64,000 nt of DNA, taken from NCBI GenBank assembly GCA_048296855.1, contig CP182631.1. One strand, 5' to 3'. The stretch is from Colwellia sp. RE-S-Sl-9 (lineage in GTDB: Bacteria > Pseudomonadota > Gammaproteobacteria > Enterobacterales > Alteromonadaceae). Under the pieces are notes generated by a model that saw only the letters and a list, made by a program, of their open reading frames with translations, had not been told where the DNA came from and did no database searches. The number at the start of each line of letters is the position of its first letter. Position 1 is the first letter of the stretch. A program made the position numbers and the translations under genes. This document shows, in pieces, positions 48,768-59,938 of the stretch.

Positions 48768-50642
48768 CTAAACCTCGTCTACTGAATGGCCTGCTAATGC
48801 TGTTTTGATGGATGAATCCATGCGTCTTTCAGCGAAAATAGCAGTACTTTCGTTTAATTTGTCGATAGCCGATTCAATATCATCAGCTACATCTGATTGT
48901 ATAATTTTATTTAATGCTGTAATAGCTTCGTTAATAACATTCGCTTCATCTTCGCTTAATAAGTTGCCATCTGCAGCTAAGGCCGATTGAACAGACTCTA
49001 TTACGCGCGCTGCTTCAACTTGTTGCTCTTTTACCATACGTGCTTCTATGTCTTGTTTAGCATTGCTCATAGAAGCTTTTAGCATAGAAGCAATTTGATG
49101 CTCTTCTAATCCGAATGAAGGTTTAACTTCGATACGTGATTCTACGCCCGTAGATTTCTCCATAGCTGACACTTCGAGTAAACCGTCGGCATCAACTTTA
49201 AAGGTTACACGAATATGCGCCGCGCCAGCAGTCATTGCTGGAATACCACGTAATTCAAAGCGCGCTAATGATCTACAGTCTTCAACTAATTCACGTTCAC
49301 CTTGTAAAACATGAACAGCCATAGCCGTTTGTCCGTCTTTAAAAGTGGTAAATTCTTGTGCTTTGGCTACAGGAATTGTGGTGTTTCGTGGAATAACTTT
49401 TTCAACCAAACCGCCCATGGTTTCTAAACCAAGCGATAGTGGAATTACGTCAAGTAATAACATGTCGCTATCAGGTTTATTACCCGCAAGTATATCCGCT
49501 TGAATTGCAGCGCCTACGGCAACAACTTTGTCAGGGTCGATTGAAGTAAGAGGCGTTTTCTTGAAGTATTTTTCTACTTCTTCACGCACTAGCGGTACTC
49601 TTGTAGAACCACCAACCATAACCACTTCTAGTACTTCTTCTGTTGTTATATCAGCATCTTTCAATGTACGTTTACAAGCTCGTAGTGTTTTATTTACTAG
49701 GCTTGAAATTAAGCTATTAAAAGTTTCTTTGGTTAAAATACCTTGCCATTTTTCACCGTTCTCTAATACTAAGTTGATCTCGGTTGAGTCATTTTGGCTT
49801 AATTGTTCTTTAGCATTACAGGCTTGTTGAGAAAGCTGACGCTCTAATTTACGTGATAAAGGTCGTGTAAGCTGTGCTTGTTCAATAAGGTGATCAACAA
49901 GTGTTACGTCGAAATCATCGCCACCTAACGCGGCATCGCCACCTGTAGATAAAACTTCAAATACGCCTTTATTTAAACGTAATACTGAAATATCAAAGGT
50001 TCCACCGCCTAAGTCGTAAACAGCAATAACGCCTTGTTGCTTACCTTCATGTTTAGTATCTAACCCATAAGCAACAGCCGCCGCAGTTGGTTCGTTTAAT
50101 AAACGTAATACATTAACATTAGCTAACTTGGCTGCATCTTTAGTGCTTTGGCGTTGTGCATCATCAAAATGAGCAGGTACGGTAATAACGACACCTTTAA
50201 GCTCTCCACCTAATGCATTTTCAGCACGGGCAACTAAGGTTTTAAGAATTTCAGCTGACGCTTGAACCGGATTTATCGGCCCGCGACGTGTGTTAATTTC
50301 AGGATGGTTTTCGTCACCACAAAAATCGTAAGGTAAAGATGGATATTTAGATTGAATATCACTCAACGAACGACCAATTAAACGTTTTGCAGAAACAATA
50401 GTATTTTCAGGATCGTTAACAGAAAACGCTTTTGCTGCGTTCCCTACTAAAATATTGTCGGCTTGGTAGCTAACAATTGACGGTAGAATGTCTATACCCT
50501 GTTCGTCTTGTAGAGTTTCAGCTAAGCCACTTTTTACGCTAGCCACAAGTGAGTTTGTTGTACCCAAATCAATACCTGCTGCTAGATTATGTTCATGGGG
50601 TACTGTACTTTGTCCAGGTTCTGCAATTTGTAATAAAGCCAT
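48768..50642 (-). CDS. hscA: Fe-S cluster assembly chaperone HscA (Hsp70-type)
   Basis: 624 aa with Hsp70 ATPase motifs ([16 protein letters not shown]). Located between hscB and fdx. Confidence 0.95.
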   Translation of the reverse strand: MALLQIAEPGQSTVPHEHNLAAGIDLGTTNSLVASVKSGLAETLQDEQGIDILPSIVSYQADNILVGNAAKAFSVNDPENTIVSAKRLIGRSLSDIQSKYPSLPYDFCGDENHPEINTRRGPINPVQASAEILKTLVARAENALGGELKGVVITVPAHFDDAQRQSTKDAAKLANVNVLRLLNEPTAAAVAYGLDTKHEGKQQGVIAVYDLGGGTFDISVLRLNKGVFEVLSTGGDAALGGDDFDVTLVDHLIEQAQLTRPLSRKLERQLSQQACNAKEQLSQNDSTEINLVLENGEKWQGILTKETFNSLISSLVNKTLRACKRTLKDADITTEEVLEVVMVGGSTRVPLVREEVEKYFKKTPLTSIDPDKVVAVGAAIQADILAGNKPDSDMLLLDVIPLSLGLETMGGLVEKVIPRNTTIPVAKAQEFTTFKDGQTAMAVHVLQGERELVEDCRSLARFELRGIPAMTAGAAHIRVTFKVDADGLLEVSAMEKSTGVESRIEVKPSFGLEEHQIASMLKASMSNAKQDIEARMVKEQQVEAARVIESVQSALAADGNLLSEDEANVINEAITALNKIIQSDVADDIESAIDKLNESTAIFAERRMDSSIKTALAGHSVDEV

Positions 50643-50656
50643 AGGGGATCTTTTAA

Positions 50657-51184
50657 TTAATCATCTAATAGAGAGTCTTCGAGACGATCTAACTCTATAT
50701 GAAGTTTTTGATAAAATTTAAGTTTGCGTAAATTGTCACACGCTAGCGTATTCGATTCTGGTGAGTTTTCATTTAACTGAGCTTGCATCATTTTAAAGAG
50801 CTGTTCGTATTCAGTGTCTAATGTTTCAGTTGCACTAAATATTTCAGCTTCTATGTCATCGGATCCTTTGATCTCAGATAACATTTCGCGTAATTCCATT
50901 TGATGCATTAAAAAAGCGGTATCACCAAATGATGCTTGTTCATTTGGCATTTCAGTTCCGCGCTGCGTTAATATATAAGTCGCTCGAGTAAGCGGATTTT
51001 TTAATGTTTGATATGCATCATTGATCATTGACGACTTTTGAACAGCAAGTAATTGCTCTTGTGAAGATGCACTAGCAAAACGGTCTGGATGAACCGTTTT
51101 TTGTAATGATTGATATACTTCAGCTAATTTTGTTGTATCGAGATCAAAGTGGTCTTCTAAACCAAATAATTGAAAGTAATTCAC
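50657..51184 (-). CDS. hscB: Fe-S cluster co-chaperone HscB (J-domain)
   Basis: The J-domain HPD motif ('VHPDRF') is present. The only plausible start is GTG at 51184 (giving MNYFQLFGL..., 176 aa). The track ORF extends further 5' with no ATG. Confidence 0.85.
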   Translation of the reverse strand: MNYFQLFGLEDHFDLDTTKLAEVYQSLQKTVHPDRFASASSQEQLLAVQKSSMINDAYQTLKNPLTRATYILTQRGTEMPNEQASFGDTAFLMHQMELREMLSEIKGSDDIEAEIFSATETLDTEYEQLFKMMQAQLNENSPESNTLACDNLRKLKFYQKLHIELDRLEDSLLDD

Positions 51185-51210
51185 TATAAATCCAGTATTA
51201 ATACAATAAA

Positions 51211-51534
51211 TTAAACGTTGAAGCTTTCGCCACAACCACACTCACCTTTTGCATTAGGATTGGTGAACTTGAAACCTTCGTTTAGTCCTTCTTTAATGAA
51301 ATCTAGCTCGATACCACTTAAGTAAACTAAGCTTTTAGCATCAATAATGATATTCACACCATTAATGCTAAAGAGTTCATCGTCTTCGTTAAGGTCGTCT
51401 ACAAACTCAAGTACATATGCTAAGCCAGAACAACCTGTAGTTTTTATACCTAAACGTAAGCCAAGACCTTTGCCTCGGTTAACCATGAACGATTTTACTC
51501 GTTCAGTGGCTGCAGGAGTCATTGTAACACTCAT
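51211..51534 (-). CDS. iscA: iron-sulfur cluster insertion protein IscA
   Basis: 107 aa with the conserved C-terminal 'CGCGESF'. Confidence 0.95.
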   Translation of the reverse strand: MSVTMTPAATERVKSFMVNRGKGLGLRLGIKTTGCSGLAYVLEFVDDLNEDDELFSINGVNIIIDAKSLVYLSGIELDFIKEGLNEGFKFTNPNAKGECGCGESFNV

Positions 51535-51551
51535 ACTAATAACCTCTTTTA

Positions 51552-51932
51552 CTAAACTTTTTTACTGCGGTAATCTGCAATCGCTGCTTTGATAGCGTCT
51601 TCAGCTAAAATTGAACAGTGAATTTTTACTGGCGGTAATGCTAATTCTTCAGCAATAGCTGTGTTTTTGATTTCGCCAGCTTCGTCGATAGACTTGCCTT
51701 TAACCCATTCAGTTACTAATGAGCTTGAAGCAATAGCAGAACCACAACCGTATGTTTTGAATTTTGCATCTTCAATAATACCGTCTGCAGAAATTTTAAG
51801 TTGTAACTTCATTACGTCACCACATGCTGGTGCGCCAACCATACCGGTTGCTACATTTGGATCATTTTTATCCATTGAGCCAACGTTACGTGGGTTTTCA
51901 TAATGATCGATTACTTTTTCGCTATAAGCCAT
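51552..51932 (-). CDS. iscU: Fe-S cluster scaffold IscU
   Basis: 126 aa with conserved Cys residues and the LPPVK motif. Confidence 0.95.
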   Translation of the reverse strand: MAYSEKVIDHYENPRNVGSMDKNDPNVATGMVGAPACGDVMKLQLKISADGIIEDAKFKTYGCGSAIASSSLVTEWVKGKSIDEAGEIKNTAIAEELALPPVKIHCSILAEDAIKAAIADYRSKKV

Positions 51933-52032
51933 GATATTTCTCCTAAGTTGTTTAAGTGACTTATTATTCGCCTCTTACAGGCATGAAAATAAATAATAAG
52001 TCTGTAAACAATACTTGTTTAATAGGTGCTAA

Positions 52033-53247
52033 CTAGTGAGCAGCCCATTCGATTGAATCTAAATCAATACCATCTTGGAACATTTCCCAAAGTGGTGACA
52101 TGTCACGTAAGTGACCAATAGATTGTTGAATGATGTTAATTGCGTGGTCAATTTCTTCTTCGGTAGTAAAACGACCAAAGCTGAAACGAATTGAACTATG
52201 CGCCATTTCATCATTTAAACCTAAAGCACGTAATACGTACGAAGGCTCTAAACTTGCTGATGTACATGCTGAACCTGAAGATACGGCTAAGTCTTTAAGT
52301 GCCATAATTAATGATTCGCCTTCAACAAAGTTGAAGCTTACATTTAAATTACCAGGGTAGCGTTTGTCTGCATCACCATTAATGAAAACTTGTTCCATTG
52401 AGCTAATACCAGCCCAAAGACGATCTCTCATTTTCGTTACGTGAATACGGTCTTGCTCTAATTCTTCTTTAGCAATTCTAAATGCTTCGCCCATTCCCAC
52501 AATTTGATGAGTAGCTAAAGTACCAGAACGCATACCACGTTCATGACCACCGCCGTGTGTTTGAGCTTCTAAACGAACACGTGGTTTACGGCTAACATAC
52601 AATGCGCCAATACCTTTAGGCCCGTATATTTTATGTGCTGAGAATGACATAAGGTCAACTTTCAGGTTTTCCATATCGATAGCAATTTTACCTGCACTTT
52701 GTGCGGCATCAACATGGAAAATAATCTTTTTAGCACGACACATTTCGCCAATTTCAGCGATGTCTTGAATTACACCAATTTCGTTGTTTACATGCATGAT
52801 GCTTACAACAATAGTGTCTTCACGAATCGCGTCATTTAGCTTATTTAAATCAATTAAACCGTTTGATTCAGGATCTAAATAAGTAACTTCAAAACCTTGG
52901 CGTTCTAATTCTCTACATGTATCTAAAACAGCTTTGTGCTCAGTTTTACATGTAATGATGTGCTTACCTTTTTTCGAATAAAAGTTAGCTGCACCTTTAA
53001 TCGCTAGGTTGTTTGATTCTGTCGCGCCTGATGTAAATACAATTTCACGAGGATCGGCGTTAATTAAATCAGCAATTTGGTTACGAGCAATGTCTACTGC
53101 TTCTTCAGCCTGCCAACCAAACTTGTGTGAACGAGACGCAGGGTTACCGTAAAAACCATCAGTAGTCATATACTGCATCATTTTTTCAGCAACACGCTTA
53201 TCTACAGGTGTTGTTGCTGAATAATCAAAATAAATAGGAAGCTTCAT
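52033..53247 (-). CDS. iscS: cysteine desulfurase IscS
   Basis: 404 aa. PLP-lysine region '[14 protein letters not shown]' and active-site Cys loop 'SSGSACTS'. Confidence 0.95.
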   Translation of the reverse strand: MKLPIYFDYSATTPVDKRVAEKMMQYMTTDGFYGNPASRSHKFGWQAEEAVDIARNQIADLINADPREIVFTSGATESNNLAIKGAANFYSKKGKHIITCKTEHKAVLDTCRELERQGFEVTYLDPESNGLIDLNKLNDAIREDTIVVSIMHVNNEIGVIQDIAEIGEMCRAKKIIFHVDAAQSAGKIAIDMENLKVDLMSFSAHKIYGPKGIGALYVSRKPRVRLEAQTHGGGHERGMRSGTLATHQIVGMGEAFRIAKEELEQDRIHVTKMRDRLWAGISSMEQVFINGDADKRYPGNLNVSFNFVEGESLIMALKDLAVSSGSACTSASLEPSYVLRALGLNDEMAHSSIRFSFGRFTTEEEIDHAINIIQQSIGHLRDMSPLWEMFQDGIDLDSIEWAAH

Positions 53248-53283
53248 AAGCTAACTCTCTCCAACTTTGTAGATCGGCAAATA

Positions 53284-53796
53284 TTATTGCAAATCAGGTA
53301 AAATGCTTTGGGTTGTAATTAAAATATTATTTGAATGAGTGCTTTCACGCTTTTGTTTATGCATGTCGTCTTGGCGTTGTGAAACCATTTTAACGTTTCT
53401 TTCCTCAACGAGCTCTGAAAGCGAAATATTCTGTAAAAAATCTTCTATGCGTACGCTTAAATCTTCCCATAATGAATGGGTTAAACATTGGTTACCACCT
53501 TGGCAGTTACCTTGTCCGGAACATTTAGTTGCATTAATGCTTTCATCAACCGCAAAAATAACGTCTGCTACAGCAATTTGAGCTGAACATCTACCTAAGC
53601 GATAACCACCACCAGGACCTCGCACGCTATTAACCAAACCATGTTTACGTAAACGCGAGAATAGCTGTTCTAAATACGACAATGAAATACCTTGTCGTTC
53701 AGATATGTCAGCTAATGATACAGGACCTGAAATGGCATGAATGGCAACATCAAGCATTGCGGTAACCGCATAACGCCCTTTTGAAGTCAGTTTCAT
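53284..53796 (-). CDS. iscR: Rrf2-family Fe-S transcriptional regulator IscR
   Basis: Start ATG at 53796 ([11 protein letters not shown]...) is preceded by AGGAGA. The three Cys of the IscR cluster ligand region are present. The track ORF extends 18 codons further upstream. Confidence 0.9.
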   Translation of the reverse strand: MKLTSKGRYAVTAMLDVAIHAISGPVSLADISERQGISLSYLEQLFSRLRKHGLVNSVRGPGGGYRLGRCSAQIAVADVIFAVDESINATKCSGQGNCQGGNQCLTHSLWEDLSVRIEDFLQNISLSELVEERNVKMVSQRQDDMHKQKRESTHSNNILITTQSILPDLQ

Positions 53797-53854
53797 TATG
53801 TTCTCCTGTATTTTTGCTGCGCATTTTACATAACCATGTAAAATAATCAACTAT

Positions 53855-53879
53855 ATAACCAAGTAATTTAGTCAAGTAT
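53855..53879 (-). promoter_or_regulatory. putative IscR type-1 box (proximal)
   Basis: The minus-strand sequence ATACTTGACTAAATTACTTGGTTAT resembles the E. coli type-1 consensus ATASYYGACTRWWWYAGTCRRSTAT. Upstream of iscR. Confidence 0.4.
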
Positions 53880-53909
53880 TTTACGCGAGATAAAAATAGA
53901 GTCAACATA

Positions 53910-53934
53910 AATACCTGAGTATTTTACTCAAGTA
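53910..53934 (-). promoter_or_regulatory. putative IscR type-1 box (distal)
   Basis: Near-palindromic ATACCTGAGTATTTTACTCAAGTAT (half-sites TGAGT/ACTCA) upstream of iscR. Confidence 0.4.
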
Positions 53935-53980
53935 TTTATGTTTAGCATAATGGCTTACCCCAAATTAGGGTTAACTAATA

Positions 53981-54790
53981 TTATATTTCAGGATCGAAGG
54001 CAGTAACGATAGATTCTCTACGTTTTGCAGCTTCTTTTTCGTCTTCAACAAATTCACCAACACGTAATTCAGGTAACGATTGCTGACAAACATTACCCCC
54101 GAGTTGATTCACTTCTTTACATAAATCTTCTACTTTGGTGTCCATTAAATGCATGTGATCTAATAAACGTCCTATCGCTTTCGCGACAGGATCTGGATTA
54201 TCGCCAGAGACAGCATAAGCATCGAAGCCAAATTTTTGCGCTGTTTTTTCTCGTTCAGACATTTCTGCTTCAGACTTCTTAATATTAACAATGCGGGCTG
54301 GTATACCAACCGCGGTTGCATTATCGGGTAAGTCTTTTACAACAACAGAGTTAGAGCCCACTTTGCCACCATGACCAATAGTAATAGGCCCTAAAACTTT
54401 AGCTCCAGCTCCAATAACAACGTTATTACCTAGTGTAGGGTGGCGCTTACCTGCATTCCAACTTGTACCACCTAAGGTAACACCGTGATATAACGTACAA
54501 TCTTCACCAATTTCGGCGGTTTCACCAATCACAACACCCATACCATGATCAATAAAGAAACGTCTACCTAATGTTGCGCCCGGATGAATTTCAACACCCG
54601 TTAGCCAACGAGAAAAAGTTGATAATAAGCGAGCTATAAGTTTCCAATCAGCTTTCCATAACTTATGACTTACCCTATGTATCCATATCGCATGCATGCC
54701 AGGGTAATTAGTTAAAACTTCAAACGAATTACGCGCTGCGGGATCTCTATCAAAGACGCTTTTAATGTCTTCTCTAATACGGCTAAACAT
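53981..54790 (-). CDS. cysE: serine O-acetyltransferase
   Basis: 269 aa with the hexapeptide-repeat left-handed beta-helix region and a SAT N-terminal domain. Confidence 0.9.
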   Translation of the reverse strand: MFSRIREDIKSVFDRDPAARNSFEVLTNYPGMHAIWIHRVSHKLWKADWKLIARLLSTFSRWLTGVEIHPGATLGRRFFIDHGMGVVIGETAEIGEDCTLYHGVTLGGTSWNAGKRHPTLGNNVVIGAGAKVLGPITIGHGGKVGSNSVVVKDLPDNATAVGIPARIVNIKKSEAEMSEREKTAQKFGFDAYAVSGDNPDPVAKAIGRLLDHMHLMDTKVEDLCKEVNQLGGNVCQQSLPELRVGEFVEDEKEAAKRRESIVTAFDPEI

Positions 54791-54823
54791 ATTTTATCCT
54801 TTACTCTTAATGCTTTTTATCAA

Positions 54824-55603
54824 TTAGGCTTTATTTTTTGCTGCGCGTTCTACTGACGCTAACATACCGCGTAACATTTTAACTTCTTTGTTATCGGGTC
54901 TTGCACGATTTAATAAGCGTCTTAATTTTGTCATCACTAAACCTGGATGGCTTGGCACAATAAATCCTGTTGCTTTTAAAGCATCCTCGAAATGTTGATA
55001 TAAACGTTCAGTTTCTTCTAATACTGGGTACTCTTCATCTTCTTCAACATTTGTTGCTTTAACTAAAACATTATTATGCTTTTGGTTTTCAAGCGCTAAA
55101 TAGCTCATACGAACTTCATAACTTAGTGTTTGAACCGCCATAGCTAAGTTCAATGAGCTGTATTCAGGATTTGCAGGTATCTGTACATGAAAGTGACACA
55201 GTTGTAGTTCATCGTTTGTTAAACCACTACTTTCACGACCAAAGACAAGAGCTACAGGAAAGTTATGTGCTTCTTCAATCAGCTTTTCACCACAACCTCT
55301 TGGTTCTAACATTGGCCATGGTAATGTTCTTGAACGCGCACTTGTACCTACAACTAAACCACAGTCAGTAATAGCTTCTTCTAGTGTGCTAACCACTTTA
55401 GCATTGGCTAAAACATCTGATGCACCTGCAGATAAAGCTTGAGCTTGACCATTTGGCATCTCAATCGGGTCAACTAAAACGAGTTGACTTAACCCCATTG
55501 TTTTCATTGCTCGAGCGGCAGAACCAATATTTCGACAATCTGACGTGTTCACTAAAACAATACGTACGTTATCTAACAAACTTCCTAAAGAAGGATCTAA
55601 CAT
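54824..55603 (-). CDS. trmJ: tRNA (cytidine/uridine-2'-O)-methyltransferase TrmJ (SPOUT)
   Basis: 259 aa SpoU-type methyltransferase. Conserved position upstream of iscR. Confidence 0.85.
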   Translation of the reverse strand: MLDPSLGSLLDNVRIVLVNTSDCRNIGSAARAMKTMGLSQLVLVDPIEMPNGQAQALSAGASDVLANAKVVSTLEEAITDCGLVVGTSARSRTLPWPMLEPRGCGEKLIEEAHNFPVALVFGRESSGLTNDELQLCHFHVQIPANPEYSSLNLAMAVQTLSYEVRMSYLALENQKHNNVLVKATNVEEDEEYPVLEETERLYQHFEDALKATGFIVPSHPGLVMTKLRRLLNRARPDNKEVKMLRGMLASVERAAKNKA

Positions 55604-55989
55604 TATTTTTTACTCTCAAAATTTGGGGTAATTTATATAAAATTAAAGACCGTGATTTATTCTTTTTAACTTCACAAATGATAGATAGTGAAAATCTGAA
55701 TATAAATTATCTATCTAGACGTCTAAAACTATAAAATAATTTTATCACAGAACCTTTCACTTGTACTGAGAAAAATCATCTTGTTTCATCCCTTTGATTA
55801 GCGCAAAACAATCTGATTTATGTCGTTAAATTATAATTAACACGGTATTGCTCAACATAAAATTCCGCGCCAGTGAATTTTGGTCGCCATCTAGTATTTA
55901 TTTTGCTATACTTCGCGCCGCTTGATTTTCGCTCTGCGTTCAAGTTTCTCGTTCTTTTAAAATGCTGTTTATAAAATAAGGTAGTTGTT

Positions 55990-56793
55990 ATGCATCCTAT
56001 GCTTAATATCGCTATACGTGCGTCTCGTGTGGCTGGAAAAGTAGTTGTTCGTGCTTTTGAACAAGTTGATAAAATTGAAGTTCAATCTAAAGGCACAAAT
56101 GATTTTGTGACTAACATTGATGTAAGCGCTGAAGAAGCTATTATTGAAACGATTCGTAAGTCTTACCCTGATCACACAATTATTGGTGAAGAAAGCGGTA
56201 TATTAAAAGGTAAAGACGATGACTACCAATGGATTATTGACCCGCTTGATGGCACAGCTAATTTTATAAAAGGCATTCCTCACTTTGCAGTTTCTATCGC
56301 ATTAAAAGTAAAAGGTAAGTTAGACCAAGCAGTAATATACGATCCTATTCGTGGAGAGTTATTTACAGCAAGCCGCGGTAAAGGCGCACAACTAAACAAC
56401 TTTAAAATTAGAGTTAAAGCAAATAAAGAACTAGGCGGCACTGTACTAGCGACTGGTTTCCCGTTTAAATGTAAGCAACACACAGATGCTTACTTAAATA
56501 TTTTTAAATCATTATTTATGAAAACAGCAGACATACGTCGTGCAGGCTCTCCAGCACTCGATTTAGCTTATGTAGCTGCTGGCCGTATTGATGGTTTTTT
56601 CGAAATTGGTTTAAAACCATGGAATTCAGCTGCTGGTGAATTATTAGTGATTGAAGCCGGCGGATTAGTAACAGACTTTACGGGTGGTCATAATCACACA
56701 TCGTCAGGCAATATTGTTGCTGCTAGCCCAAGATTAGCAAAAGAAATTTTACAAGACATGCGTCCTCAATTAGGTGAAGCATTAAATAAATAA
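55990..56793 (+). CDS. suhB: inositol monophosphatase family protein SuhB
   Basis: 267 aa with IMPase motifs ('IIDPLDGTANF', 'WDSAAG'-like). Divergent from trmJ, as in enterobacteria. Confidence 0.9.
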   Translation: MHPMLNIAIRASRVAGKVVVRAFEQVDKIEVQSKGTNDFVTNIDVSAEEAIIETIRKSYPDHTIIGEESGILKGKDDDYQWIIDPLDGTANFIKGIPHFAVSIALKVKGKLDQAVIYDPIRGELFTASRGKGAQLNNFKIRVKANKELGGTVLATGFPFKCKQHTDAYLNIFKSLFMKTADIRRAGSPALDLAYVAAGRIDGFFEIGLKPWNSAAGELLVIEAGGLVTDFTGGHNHTSSGNIVAASPRLAKEILQDMRPQLGEALNK

Positions 56794-56834
56794 TTTACCT
56801 TATTGATTAAAGAACGAGTAAAAAGACACAAAAA

Positions 56835-56870
56835 AAGGCTAAAGAAGATATTCTTCTTTAGCCTTTTTTC
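56835..56870. terminator. bidirectional intrinsic terminator (suhB / TPR gene)
   Basis: 13-bp perfect stem AAGGCTAAAGAAG / CTTCTTTAGCCTT with a 5-nt loop. Flanked by an A-run and a T-run. Confidence 0.75.
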
Positions 56871-56939
56871 TGTTTAAATTTAAGTGCTATACCGAGTTGT
56901 TCAATATGTTATTTAAATTGATATGAGTGATATTTATTT

Positions 56940-58247
56940 TTACTCATTTAACATCGCTAATTGCATTTCTGCACTTTGCTCACGCTTAACGTATTGATAC
57001 CATTGTTCCGCTGTTTTTGCCGACTCTTTTAACTTTTGGGCATCAGCAAATGCAGTTAAAGACGCATCAAACTTCTTTAAGTTAAAGTTAGACATGCCAA
57101 TCACTAAATGCATGTTCCCTAAACGATCGACCCCACCACGTTTAATGGCTTTTTTAGCTGACGCTATTGCAAGATCCCACTTTTCTAAATTCAAGTACGA
57201 TTGTGCTAAGAAAGCGTCAAACTTACCTGTTTCTGCAATTTCAGAAGCTTTAACTAATACAGGAATAGCTTTTTCGTCATTTTTAGCAGAAATATAAGAT
57301 TGAGCCAGCATATCTAAATACTTTTCTTCTGCTGCTACTTGTCCTTTATCTATAGCAGTAGAAAGTAGTTTAGCGGCTTTATATGGTACGCCATGAAAAC
57401 GATACAATTGCACTAAAGTAATAATATCTTGTGATGAAGTAACGTAACCGGCTTGATATGCACTTTCCATAACCGCAAGTTGTTTTTCTTCTTCACCTAT
57501 TTCACCGTACATACCACTTAACTGTATCCAATATTTAGGTTTATCGTGAAAACGCACTAAATCTTCAATCACCTTTACAACATTTTCAGGTTGCTTAAGT
57601 TCATAGTAATTTGCACGTTGTAAAATAAACCAGTTTTCTTTAGGCACTTCGTCTTTAGAAAGAGAAAGTTCAACGGCTTCATTTACATATTTTAGTGAAT
57701 TTTTGTAATCTTTATTTTGGTAATAGATTTGTGCAAATAATACTTGTTGTGTACTGGTTAACGGCTTAGCGTTAATTTTTTTCCACTGTCCTAAATACTT
57801 TAACGATTGATTATAATCTTGTTGCTGCATAGATAATTGCGCTAAAGAATATAAAGTTGATGTACGTAAAGTAAGAGGAATCGCTTCTTCAGCGATAACT
57901 TTTTCAAAGCTTTCAATAGCTAAAGGTAAGTTGTCACTACCGTAATACATAAAACCATAAAAGTTCCATAACATGGCTTGCTCGTAGCTATTTAAACTAC
58001 TAATGCGATCTTTTACTTCGTCGAGAACTTCTAGCCCTTCTTTCTTGTTGCCTTCATCAGCCAGCTTTTGTGCACGAGCTAATTGCGAATAAACACGATT
58101 ACGCATGGCGGGGACTTTAACAGTTTCAGTACTTTGCGCTTTTTCTTCTGCCTGCGCTACCGCTCCACCAAGTTCATTGGGTATGAAACTCGCCGTACTA
58201 AAAAGTACTGCTGCTGAAATTAAAGATAATGATAATTTTTTAATCAT
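56940..58247 (-). CDS. periplasmic TPR-repeat protein of the TonB2 cluster (TtpD-like)
   Basis: 435 aa with a signal peptide and multiple TPR-like helical repeats. Immediately downstream of tonB. Confidence 0.65.
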   Translation of the reverse strand: MIKKLSLSLISAAVLFSTASFIPNELGGAVAQAEEKAQSTETVKVPAMRNRVYSQLARAQKLADEGNKKEGLEVLDEVKDRISSLNSYEQAMLWNFYGFMYYGSDNLPLAIESFEKVIAEEAIPLTLRTSTLYSLAQLSMQQQDYNQSLKYLGQWKKINAKPLTSTQQVLFAQIYYQNKDYKNSLKYVNEAVELSLSKDEVPKENWFILQRANYYELKQPENVVKVIEDLVRFHDKPKYWIQLSGMYGEIGEEEKQLAVMESAYQAGYVTSSQDIITLVQLYRFHGVPYKAAKLLSTAIDKGQVAAEEKYLDMLAQSYISAKNDEKAIPVLVKASEIAETGKFDAFLAQSYLNLEKWDLAIASAKKAIKRGGVDRLGNMHLVIGMSNFNLKKFDASLTAFADAQKLKESAKTAEQWYQYVKREQSAEMQLAMLNE

Positions 58248-58255
58248 AATGTCTC

Positions 58256-58876
58256 CTAACCGTCTATTTGGAACGATATTTTATTTTGTACGCCAGCGAC
58301 TTCCATAGCGACACCGTCAACAACGCGCGGCTTGTATTTAAATTTAAGTGCTGCGTCCATTGCTGCTTGGTCAAAAATGCTTTCTGGGTTTGATTCAACC
58401 ACTTTAGCGTCTCGCACTGAGCCATTTTTAGTTACAACAAACTCTACAATTACGTAACCTTCAATACCTCTTGATTGTGCTCTTCGTGGATAAATAGGCG
58501 CCACTTTAACAATAGGTAAATAATCTCCATCACCTGTATCTAAACTTAACCCACCGCCTAAAGCCGTATCCGCTTGTACATTGGCTGCAAAACTTGTACT
58601 TACTGCATCGGCATTAGGGTTAGCTTGTTGCATTTGTGGTTGCTCCATTGGTGGTGGAGGCGTTTTAGGTTTAGCCGGCTTTTGTGGTTTACGTTCTTTC
58701 TTAGTTACGTCTTGCTCTTTCTTTAATCGAATAAAGTCTAGTACGTTACCTCTTGGTGCTTCGGTTAATGCATTGTTACCGCCAGAAATAAGCGCCTGCA
58801 TTCCCCACAGTAAAGCAAAGGTAACAACAACAGCGAAAGATAAGCCAAATAAATAACGGCCACTTTTATTCATCAT
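58256..58876 (-). CDS. tonB: energy transducer TonB
   Basis: 206 aa with an N-terminal TM helix, a Pro-rich spacer (PKPKTPPPP) and a C-terminal TonB domain. Confidence 0.85.
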   Translation of the reverse strand: MMNKSGRYLFGLSFAVVVTFALLWGMQALISGGNNALTEAPRGNVLDFIRLKKEQDVTKKERKPQKPAKPKTPPPPMEQPQMQQANPNADAVSTSFAANVQADTALGGGLSLDTGDGDYLPIVKVAPIYPRRAQSRGIEGYVIVEFVVTKNGSVRDAKVVESNPESIFDQAAMDAALKFKYKPRVVDGVAMEVAGVQNKISFQIDG

Positions 58877-58878
58877 GG

Positions 58879-59292
58879 TTAGGCCTCTTGCGCCGCAATT
58901 GAAACATCGTAAACACCAGCTGCACGAGCTGAATCCATTACTTTTATTAATACGTCTGTTGTTGCTTTTTTATCGGCTTGAATAACCACCGTACCTTGTG
59001 GATTTTCAGCTTTTAAACGTTCTATGTTGGCTTGTACAGCACGAACATCTACACGACGTTTATTGATCCAAATTTCACCTTTGTCACTGATGGCAACTAA
59101 TATATTTGCTCGTTCTTTTTTAACGGCGGTTGCTGCTTCAGGTCGGTTTACTTCAATGCCGGCTTCTTTTACAAATGAAGCGGTTACAATGAAGAAAATT
59201 AATAGAATAAAAACAACATCTAGCATAGGCGTCATGTTAATTTCTTCTGCTTCTTCTTGCTCTTGCAATACTTGTGATAATTGAGAACGCAT
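58879..59292 (-). CDS. exbD: biopolymer transporter ExbD/TolR
   Basis: 137 aa with a single N-terminal TM helix and an ExbD fold. Confidence 0.85.
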   Translation of the reverse strand: MRSQLSQVLQEQEEAEEINMTPMLDVVFILLIFFIVTASFVKEAGIEVNRPEAATAVKKERANILVAISDKGEIWINKRRVDVRAVQANIERLKAENPQGTVVIQADKKATTDVLIKVMDSARAAGVYDVSIAAQEA

Positions 59293-59407
59293 CTTTTTAC
59301 CTTACTGTAAACTTTTTATGTAAATCTCCTTGAGATCATTACCAAGGAGTATTCATTATTTCCTACGGCTTGAATTAATTCAGCCAAGTAGAGTTAAAAT
59401 TTTTAAA

Positions 59408-59935
59408 TTAATGAGCCAATGGCAAACTATCTTCAAGCTGTTGAGTTCTGCGTTTGATCTTGCGTTGTAACCAAGTAACAACAAAAACACCCGATAATGA
59501 ACCCACCATGCCAGCCATTGTTGGAATAGTTGCTCTTGAAACACCTGACGCCATAGAGCGTGCATTACCACTACCCGAAATAGCCATAACATCAAATACT
59601 TCAATCATGCCAGTTACTGTTCCTAATAATCCTAATAACGGACATAAAACCACTAAACTTTGAATAAGCGCGACATTTTGCTTTAGCATTTCAGTCACTC
59701 TTGAAACATTGGCTATTTTAATTTGTTCAGCACTCCATGAGCTTTTATCTGTTCTTTTTTCCCAACGTTGAACTATGTCGGCTTTTACGTATTTATAGCT
59801 ACGTAAAAAGAAATACATGCGTTCAAATATTAAGAGCCACATCAAACAAATAACAAAAGCGATAACGGTGAGCACTTGCCCACCTGTATCAAGAAACTCA
59901 CGAATGCTATTCATCATTTCGATGAATAAAATCAT
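59408..59935 (-). CDS. exbB: MotA/TolQ/ExbB proton-channel protein
   Basis: 175 aa with three TM helices and a conserved ExbB C-terminal region. Confidence 0.85.
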   Translation of the reverse strand: MILFIEMMNSIREFLDTGGQVLTVIAFVICLMWLLIFERMYFFLRSYKYVKADIVQRWEKRTDKSSWSAEQIKIANVSRVTEMLKQNVALIQSLVVLCPLLGLLGTVTGMIEVFDVMAISGSGNARSMASGVSRATIPTMAGMVGSLSGVFVVTWLQRKIKRRTQQLEDSLPLAH

Positions 59936-59938
59936 GAT

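Noticed and set aside
50657-53850. Longer ORF-track versions of hscB (to 51241), iscR (to 53850), iorA (from 34642) and the GMC gene (from 39576).
   Set aside because: The N-terminal extensions lack ATG or RBS support, overlap upstream genes and are not conserved. The internal starts reproduce the canonical N-termini ([41 protein letters not shown]).
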